Below are positions 9,436 to 17,099 of a stretch of DNA of 17,099 nt, piece by piece. The notes under the pieces were generated by a model. The model had not been told where the DNA came from and ran no database searches. It saw only the letters and a program-made list of their open reading frames with translations. Both the position numbers and the translations under genes were made by a program. Every line of letters starts with the position of its first letter. The stretch's first letter is position 1. The DNA is from Vitrella brassicaformis CCMP3155 (Eukaryota > Protista > Chromerida), in NCBI GenBank assembly GCA_001179505.1, contig CDMY01000826.1, positions 1 to 17,099 on the forward strand, given 5' to 3'.

Positions 9436-12318
9436 ATGGATGTCTCGTACACGCTGGCCATCAGCTTCGGCATAGTGTGTATCTTGAGTCCGCCTGCGTC
9501 AGCGCTCGATGCGAAGCGCTTCGTTGTGGAGGGTGCCGTAGGGCCGTATGGAGACGGGCAATACGAGTACATCCATCCCCGTGCAGATGCGGTGCATGTG
9601 TCGGAGCTGACGTCCATTGCCGTCAGGGAGGGCGATGAGGTGATCTCTGGCAACTTGGCCGACCTCTTCGACGTTACTGGAGAGAAAAGCGGCCATGTGA
9701 CGGGTAGAGTTGTGTTGGCCCGCGACAACAAGACGGTAATCTTCTATGCTGACCAGCCCTTCGCCCAACGGGAGAAGGTCAGTGTCAAGTTCGGCCCCGG
9801 CCTGCGCGTGCGGCGACCTACCAAAGGTACACGTTATCGAGTGGGCGAGTACACATGGCAATTCCAGATACGGCGGCAGTTTGAGCGAAAATTCAAAGAG
9901 CAGGAAGGTGCAAAGGGAGAAGAGAAGGGGACAGCGCCGATGGATCGCTATCGCACGCTCCCGTCGTGGGCTGCACGGGTGAGGCCGTCTTCCGAAAGCA
10001 AGAAGGCGGCCTTGGACAAGAGAAATGCGATTGGCGGGCAAGGAGACCTCTGCTTTCTCGGTGTCGGTCACGGGAGGGGAGAACATGCTGGCCAGCATAT
10101 CAGTATTACGCGCGAGGTGAGCAGCACAGTGTTTGGGGAGAGGACGGTTATGCGTATTGTCATCTGTAAAGGGTGACTTAGTGTGGTGGACTCACACATC
10201 TACCGCCCAGGCGGGTATGCTTGGTGTGACGCCGACTGGTCATGTGGCAGTGTGGGACAGGAGATCGGAGCACGCCAGCCGAGAGGCATTCGAGCTTAAC
10301 TCCACATACCAGGCTGTCGCTAGGCACAGTCCCGGTAAACAATTGACGGGCTCCCCAACCTTTGCTATCTGGCAGGTTCATCACTTCAGGTCATGGCTAT
10401 GAATTAGACAGCCATAGCATCTTTTTCGATGATGGCAACACGATTCTGGCAGCTCTTACCAAGATCGACGACGTAATACATAACGGTGAGTCTTTTCCGC
10501 CATGTACGCACAAATCTTCCCGCTTTCTTTTCTGCAGTAGTGCAGGTTCTGGACGCTGACAGGAATGTGATACTCGAATGGAGGACGACTGAAGATTTCG
10601 TCGGAAAAGCCGATCCCGTGTTGCTGGACCTAAGAGAAAACCCCCCCGACGTACACCTATATCATAAGCATCTTATACATGGAATCATCTGTCTTTGGAT
10701 ATGGGTGTGCCAGTACTATCACATCAATAACGCGCAGAGGACACCTGATGGTAAGCCTAGCTGCTCAGCTGACCATCAGTAGTTTGACAACTTCTTCTGG
10801 TCATGTGTGTAAGGCAATCTGATCGTCTCTCTTTACGGCTGCGGACTGGTCGTGTTGCTCAGCGGCAAGAGCGGTCAGATCCTTTGGCGCTTGGGGGGTA
10901 AGACAAGGTACGTCACTGCCAGGGGCCGACATTCGCTCCCATGCATTTGCATGAGTGCTACGCAGTGACTTCACTTTCGTCGGCGATGACATGGATCCTC
11001 CCTTCTTCGGCCAGCACGATGCTCACCAACTCTTTAATGGGAACATCATCATGTCAGGGGACCAAATGATTTGTGTTGTCTGCACTATATGCAGATGAAT
11101 GTATGCGGTTGTGACAGGTATGATAACGGACGCCATGTGAAGCACGGGTCGCCGCGGCCCTCTCGGGTGCTCGAGCTGCAGCTGGATCTGGATCAAATGA
11201 CCGCCACGAAAGTGTGGTCCTTTTCACACCCATCTGGGTATATCACACTCGCGGGTGCACAAAAGCAGCGCCATTCGTGTCTCTTCCTTGTGTCCAGGCT
11301 GAGGAGCAAATGTTGTGGCGGGCTCCAGATGATCGACAACGGAAGGTAGCAGATGTGTTCTTGTTCAATTGCGGCTTGAAGCCACTCTCTCTTTTTTCCT
11401 TCAGAGGCCAGCCTGCGACGATGCTGATTGGCTGGGGCTATACAGGGCCTTTCTTCACTGAAGTGACGTATGAAGACAATCCCCGCATAGTCCGCGAATT
11501 CGAGGGCCTTCGCGGTCATCGACCGCTTTTGCACCCCTGGGAAGGCTCTTCGACTGAAGCGCCGCGGCTCCTTCTCTGCAGCGACGCGAACGGGAAAGCC
11601 TCGACACGTAACGGGTCGATTGACCAGCTGGAGGACTGGACAATTCACTTCTCCTTCAATGGAGTCACAGGCATCAGCAAGTGGCGCCTCTATGTCGGTA
11701 ACGACAGAGACGTCCCTCTCGACAAGCCCCTTCTTGGGCGCGACAAGACGGCATTCGAGGAGATCATCACACTGCAGGAGCTCGTGGACGCTTTGGCGGC
11801 CGAGAACTTCACTGTGACGCCTAGAAGTGACACCTCGTCTGCGAACTTGTATGTGCGTGTGGTGCCCGTCAAAGGCGACGACGACCTGCTCAGGCCGTCG
11901 AAGGCACTCAAAGGTGGGCGGGCGAGGCCGTGTACCGTGCCTATCCCACCCTCAGGATGTGTATCTCGTCTCCTCTTCAGTGCCCATGACCCTGTCGTCC
12001 TATGATGAGCCGCGCCGTGCGGGTACTCTGTCCCCTCCCGCGATGGTGGTACCCTGCGGCTGCTACCAGCCCGACATCGGGCGGCGAGAGCACTTGCACA
12101 GACCTAAGCCGGGGGCAGAAAGTGCTGTTGTGGACATGGCTGCCGTCAATGAGTGTGCCGAATTGTGTAATGCCAGCGACACATGCGAAACCTTCTTCTT
12201 CTTCGAAGATAATGGCGAATGTGAACTGGATGGGACCAGATACAAGAAAAGAAGAGGGCTGCACTCGCTGCAAGGGGTGATATCTGGGCGAAAAAACTGC
12301 TTGGAAGACACGAGGTGA
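9436..12318 (+). CDS. Gene B: inverted paralogue of gene A; arylsulfotransferase-like protein with Ig-like and Apple/PAN domains (~761 aa, 11 exons)
   Basis: Exons: 9436-10116, 10172-10334, 10390-10485, 10538-10650, 10714-10750, 10814-10907, 10966-11052, 11118-11237, 11298-11345, 11405-11913, 11981-12318. All GT-AG, total 2286 nt. Exon lengths after exon 1 equal those of gene A (509 = 266+243). The ATG context aligns with the gene A start. PAN domain at ~12061-12300. Confidence 0.9.
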
Positions 12319-12968
12319 AGCGGCCTAGTCGCCTGTCTGTTCGCTTCCGTGGAGTGGGATCTGAACACGAGAAGGCAAGGTCTGTGCTGAAAGCTGGCGA
12401 GAAGCTCAAGAGAGACAGTTCATTGTCTGTTGACAGGTTTTTGCAGTCATTCTGCCGCGCCAAGCGCAGGCTGGCGCTAGTCCTACATACTGCTGAGAGT
12501 ATTACAAGAGTGTTTTTCTTTTCTTCCCTTTTTCTCTTTCCTGTTCCTTTTTTCTTTGTTGCGAGGCTGGAGGGGGTTGGTCACTGACCGGTGTGCGTTT
12601 CGTGCTGTGTACTGTTGTGCGTGGACCGCTCTCCCCCAATTATTGTGAGTGAGAAGGTCATTCAGTCATTTATTTATCGGGCGTACACAGTGACTCCCAA
12701 ATTTCCACATCCTAATGACGCATACATGCTTGGCATACGGACCATACGCTACCACAGATCAATCGACACACACATACTGGGGGGCTAGGAAGGGAGGGCA
12801 GGGTGGAGACAAAGACCTTAGCCAAGGAAACCTTGGTAGCGGGAGGCTGCACGCAGCGTGCACTGTGTGTCTGCAGTGTGTGTGCGCGCTTCTATCGAGC
12901 CTTTGTATCTTTGCTTCAGTTCATTTCTGAAAGACGGCATACACTGTGCCTGTCTTCTGAAGATTCAG

Positions 12969-15485
12969 CTACCCACATGGCTTTGTCTCTACTGTAGACG
13001 ATCGGCTCATTTGCTTTCCCTCAGCATCAAGAGCGACAGCTTGGAAGTACTGGCATTTCTCGGCGCCCTCTGGGACATCCACCCAGTGCTCGAATTGCTT
13101 TCTCTCAACCTCGGCATACACTACTGTCACCGGCTTATCATATTGACCCATGAAAATCCGCCATTTCTGTGTGCGAGTATCACCATTCCACGAGAAGTGA
13201 AGCCGGAGAGTCTTCGCTTTGTTATTGTCATCCAGGAGGGCTGTCGACGGCCACGCAGGGGTCCCGATCCAAGGAGCCTTGATCGTGCGATACGCCCAAA
13301 GATTCCGAGACGCAAATTGCATTTCGACCACCGATTCTCCCTCGTCAGTCACTTCAAGGTAAAAAGGGTTTCCTCTACTGTATCCTGATTTCATTTGAAA
13401 CCCCAGGGAAATCGCACGATTGGCGTTGGACAGGCGCCTGTATCCACCGATGGCGTAACTGACACGGACAGGCACGCAAGGAAATGGAGGTATCAGATCC
13501 CGAAAGTATCAGCTGCAAATATCTTTATTTCCATACGACGGAAGGCCGGAGTTGAACGATGACACGAGACGAGCAATCTTCTGCGTTGCGTTGACTTCGA
13601 GTTGATAGTCCACAGCGCGAGCCGTCCCGATTCCAATTCGGTAGTGATTGTCGAAGAGTGTAATCTTGTTATCTCCTATATCTCTCCCGTCGTGTTGTCC
13701 AATGAATGTGCCCCTTGGGTCGCCGATGATCCTGCCACACAACGCCGATCTCAGAAGACAGTCTGGCTTCCTTCCCGGCGTTACCTGAAGTTTGCACCCC
13801 TGCCCCCGAGCCGCCATATGATCTCGCCTGTATCCCTATGTATCTTGACCAATTGACTCAAGATTCGCAGCGATATGAGAATGCTCCCGTCGTCCATCTC
13901 CTCCAAAGAGTTTGCATGTGCAATATCCCATACGCGCCTGTCAAGAAGTATGCATTGAACGGCATGCATATGTACCGGACGCCATCTATTTTTCGAACTC
14001 GACATACGTCCGGGCTCTTTCATCGGCATGACCGTGTACGACACCCTTCTTTCGCACATTTGAAGTGCTTTCCCACAGTAGGCGAGGCATGTGGTCCCAA
14101 CTTCGCCATTCCAGTATGACTTGCCCTGGAAGGAACGTATACCAGACAGAGACAGAATTCGACTGTCTCGTTACGAATCTTGTGGTGTGATTTCTTGAAC
14201 GATGAATCCAATTAGCGACGCCATACTCGATGATCCGCCAAGCTTCAGCTTCCCGTTTTTCTTGTCTACCTTAATTGGCTGAGGGTCATATACCATGATA
14301 AGGCCAGTACCCTTCCTTGCTAGCTGGAAGTCATGATAATTCCAGCGAGCCCCGTGATCCGCCGCGAAAGCAGCGTCTTCTGAGTAATCAGCCCCACCAA
14401 TGACGATCGTATCGTTCTTCTCCCGAAGAACGAGACGCTGGTCACGTGTTGGGGAAAATGCCCTCAATGGTAGTGGTTCGTAATAGACAGGATCACCGAG
14501 GGAGGTAGTGATCATTCGGAACTTATCGGATTCAGAGGAGATGTTGAGGTTCCATGAGGAGGTGAACACATATCCAGGGGAGAGTCTGGTGAGGTCCCCA
14601 GCTGTCACCTCCATTCGTGGGTATCCGGAAGGGAGAGTCCTGCACATCCACACACCCAACAAACACATTTGACCAAAACAAACAGATTGACCACCTGTAG
14701 GCACAGCTTGGAGCATAAATAACACTATCATCCTCCCCTTCGTCTTCACAATCATCACTGCCCATGATATGCCTGGGGTCTTCGGGGACGGACGTAGTGT
14801 TGCCATCGTTGGCCCCACCTAGCAGCCACATCATATCATTCATCTTCCTCAGAAGCTGCACATCCTCTGGACTCGATACAGATTTGCCTGCGAAGTCGCG
14901 GGAGTCCGTGTTGGAAGAAGAATATGTATCTTCTCTGCGCCATGAGATTGTGAAGCTCCATTCGGCAGCGGGCAAGATGTCCCCGCTGACCCTGATACCC
15001 GACCGAACATTGACGTAGGCTCTCTCGCCGGGCTTGAAGGGTGTGCTGGGCCTGAACCATATTGTTCGGCCGTCCTTGAGGATGAGGATGCCTTCATCCG
15101 AGTGTTCGCCCGATTCTTCACCTCGGACGCTAATCTTGCCCTCGATGCTGTCTTTGTCGGGGTTGCCATTCGGTCGGAAGGCGATGGTCGTGAAGGGCGA
15201 GACGAGTACCGCGTATGGAAGGGGGTGCGCATAGACAAAAGGAGTAGTCTCCTTCAAAACTTGAAGGTTCACACAAGGCTGCGGCTCACTGTCTTCATCC
15301 CGCAGCTTAGGTCCTGCCTTCGGGTCAATCCCATTCGTGCGAAGAGAAGACAACAGCTGTTCTGTATTGCGTCGAGACACAGCTTCATCACTGATCGCCT
15401 TGCCTCGGCGCCCCAGCAAGGCAACAGCAACAAAGAGAATATTCACACTGTGCAAGACCGGTGAATTGAGGTTTCTGGTACACAT
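12969..15485 (-). CDS. Gene C: divergent arylsulfotransferase with N-terminal Ig-like domain, canonical active-site motifs, no PAN domain (6 exons, ~736 aa; one unresolved phase conflict)
   Basis: Exons (minus): 15485-14695, 14639-14175, 14125-14008, 13937-13785, 13731-13537, 13458-12969. Motifs: YRTLP, NYHDF, VQEI..GQVILEWRSWDH, WDIAHANS, ISLR, WRLGG, GQHD, LFDN, FSWNGDT. Total 2212 nt is 3n+1 because of the exon 2/3 junction. Confidence 0.8.
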
Positions 15486-15737
15486 ACACAGGAGGCATCG
15501 ACGAAGCCGTTACACTCGACTAGCCGTTTTTCCAGAATGCTGTACAATGAAGAGAAAGTTGTCCTTGACTTGCTCGTTTTGCTCTTTTGTGCAGCTTTAA
15601 AAGCCTACCAAACAGATGCGAAAGAACGGAGGCCGCCGACCCAAAGGAACCCGAGAACTAGGGCATGAAGTGTCTGCGGCAGACACAAAAATGGACGTAA
15701 GTCGCCAGGTATGGGTCGTGAGCGGGTGATTGTTGGA

Positions 15738-15814
15738 TGATTCGACAGCTTATGCACAGACAATTTGCAATTTGATTTGATTCGACAGCTTATGCACAGA
15801 CAATTTGCAATTTG
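15738..15814. repeat. 40-bp-period tandem duplication upstream of gene C
   Basis: TGATTCGACAGCTTATGCACAGACAATTTGCAATTTG (37 nt) is identical at 15738 and 15778. Confidence 0.95.
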
Positions 15815-16057
15815 CATGATGGTAACGGCAAGTGCCTCGGCTTTCTGCATCAAGAGAAGCAGGGAAGGTAAGTGATTGCCCCATTCAGCTTTCCCTGCGT
15901 GTTGGTGCTTGATGGATGAAAGACCAGAGACATCAACTTCTGCGCCAACAGAATAATAATTGCGTTCGACCGACCGAGACAGACATACGCAAATGCCACG
16001 AGATCTTGATCAAGATAGACGAGGAAAATATGGTTAGCAATTCATATCTTAACCTAC

Positions 16058-16255
16058 CTGCCGCCACAAAAATCAAACATGCCGATGGTTTGACGCCTCA
16101 GTGCCTCTCATGCTTCTCGCCAGATCGTCTCCAAAAAATGCTGCTGTTGCGAAAGCCGAACTTCCTCTGGCAGGCGCTCTCATAACACACCCAACTCGAC
16201 CTCGAGCTTGAACCAAGCCACCTCGATGAGGTAGATGTCTTCTCTCAAGGAGGCC
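16058..16255 (-). pseudogene. Possible decayed exon of an unidentified gene
   Basis: 198 nt between acceptor TGTTACAG and donor AG|GTAGG, phase 2 at both ends. Reads ASLREDIYLIEVAWFKLEVELGVL*ERLPEEVRLSQQQHFLETIWREA*EALRRQTIGMFDFCGG with two TGA stops (16182, 16110). Confidence 0.35.
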
Positions 16256-16605
16256 CTGTAACACACAACAAGCACCAGCACACGGGTTGAATAGATTGTC
16301 GACAGTCAGGGCCTTTCCTGCTGCACAAGGCTTGCTTGCCTTCAGGAATAGCGTCCTCAGCAGCCGCGACACGAGAGCATATTGGCGGATAGTCAGAGAC
16401 CTCTGTGAGCGCCTCAAGAGGGTCGACTATGAAACATTTGTGCGATTTTATGGACGGAACCGGACAAAAGCTGCGGTTTTGTGCACACGGGGTGTGGAGG
16501 AAATACCGACAAGACGAAAATGTTTGGTAAGACCGCCGAAGATGAGTATGTGCGGTGGAGAACGGCGGTTTTGAAATGGTGCGGTTGGAAAAAAGTGCGT
16601 GTCAG

Positions 16606-16643
16606 GCGTGCATCAGCGCTGATGCACGCGCGCTGATGCACGC
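16606..16643. repeat. Perfect 24-bp palindrome followed by a tandem copy of one arm
   Basis: GCGTGCATCAGCGCTGATGCACGC (16606-16629). GCGCTGATGCACGC occurs at 16616-16629 and again at 16630-16643. Confidence 0.95.
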
Positions 16644-17026
16644 TTTTCGAACCCAAGTGGTACGATGCTCGCGCTGCTTCGTGTCTGTCGACTCTCTCAG
16701 CGAGCGGGTCTTAGTGGAGAATGCTGTGGGAGGACGTGATGTGATGTGAAGTGAAGGATACAAGACGTCTTGTCGAGTGTGGGTCTGAGGTGCAGAATCA
16801 ATCAAGATGGATGTCCGCACACACACAGGGATGCTGGGAAGGACTGCCCAGTTCTTATTCAAGCCACAAACAAAGAAACGAAACAACACAGAAGTCAACC
16901 AGTCAGAATAAGGGGAGGCGCCATGGCAAAAAGAAAGCTCTGCCCCGGCGTTCTGTCTCCCTCTCCCAGCCGTTTTGTCTCCCCCACGCAAACAGGGGAC
17001 CTTGACACACCATCATTCCCTGTTGC

Positions 17027-17098
17027 TCAGAGCCCCTGCTGAGAGGCCTCGAGTTGGTTGTGCTCGACGATGACGGCCGGCCAGTTGCGCCGCCCACC
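17027..17098 (-). CDS. Possible 3' end of a gene entering from outside the window
   Basis: GGRRNWPAVIVEHNQLEASQQGL* with GC3-rich codons. Too short to identify. Confidence 0.3.
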   Translation of the reverse strand, partial: GGRRNWPAVIVEHNQLEASQQGL

Positions 17099-17099
17099 G

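Noticed and set aside
15738-15814. CRISPR-like direct repeats (37 nt; also 6866-6900)
   Set aside because: Only two copies, adjacent or nearly so with no real spacer, in eukaryotic context with no cas genes.

Overview
Eukaryotic, GC-rich, intron-dense genomic DNA with 49-78 nt GT-AG introns, (GTCT)n/(TGAA)n microsatellites and one 300-N gap. The intron style and an Apple/PAN domain suggest a chromerid alveolate such as Vitrella (inference only). The core is a cluster of three spliced, probably secreted arylsulfotransferase (ASST)-family genes. Gene A (1689-4716, minus, 12 exons, ~780 aa) and gene B (9436-12318, plus, 11 exons, ~761 aa) are a recent head-to-head inverted duplicate pair with the layout signal peptide + Ig-like domain + ASST propeller + SWNG-type C-terminal domain + six-Cys Apple/PAN domain. 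Gene C (12969-15485, minus, 6 exons) is a distant paralogue with no PAN domain. The PAN-fused copies have replaced the sulfuryl-binding Arg (His in A, Tyr in B), whereas C keeps the full catalytic set. A and B differ by one precisely present/absent intron and share a 211-bp identical tract. A/B and C share no intron position. Intergenic DNA holds two 5'-truncated non-LTR retrotransposon remnants of the restriction-like endonuclease (RLE) type, a 121-145 bp hairpin-ended repeat in inverted orientation either side of gene A, a cluster of strong hairpins, a tRNA-like possible SINE head, and decayed exon-like segments. No CRISPR array, rRNA or intact tRNA was found. All gene models were spliced by hand and are unconfirmed by transcript data.
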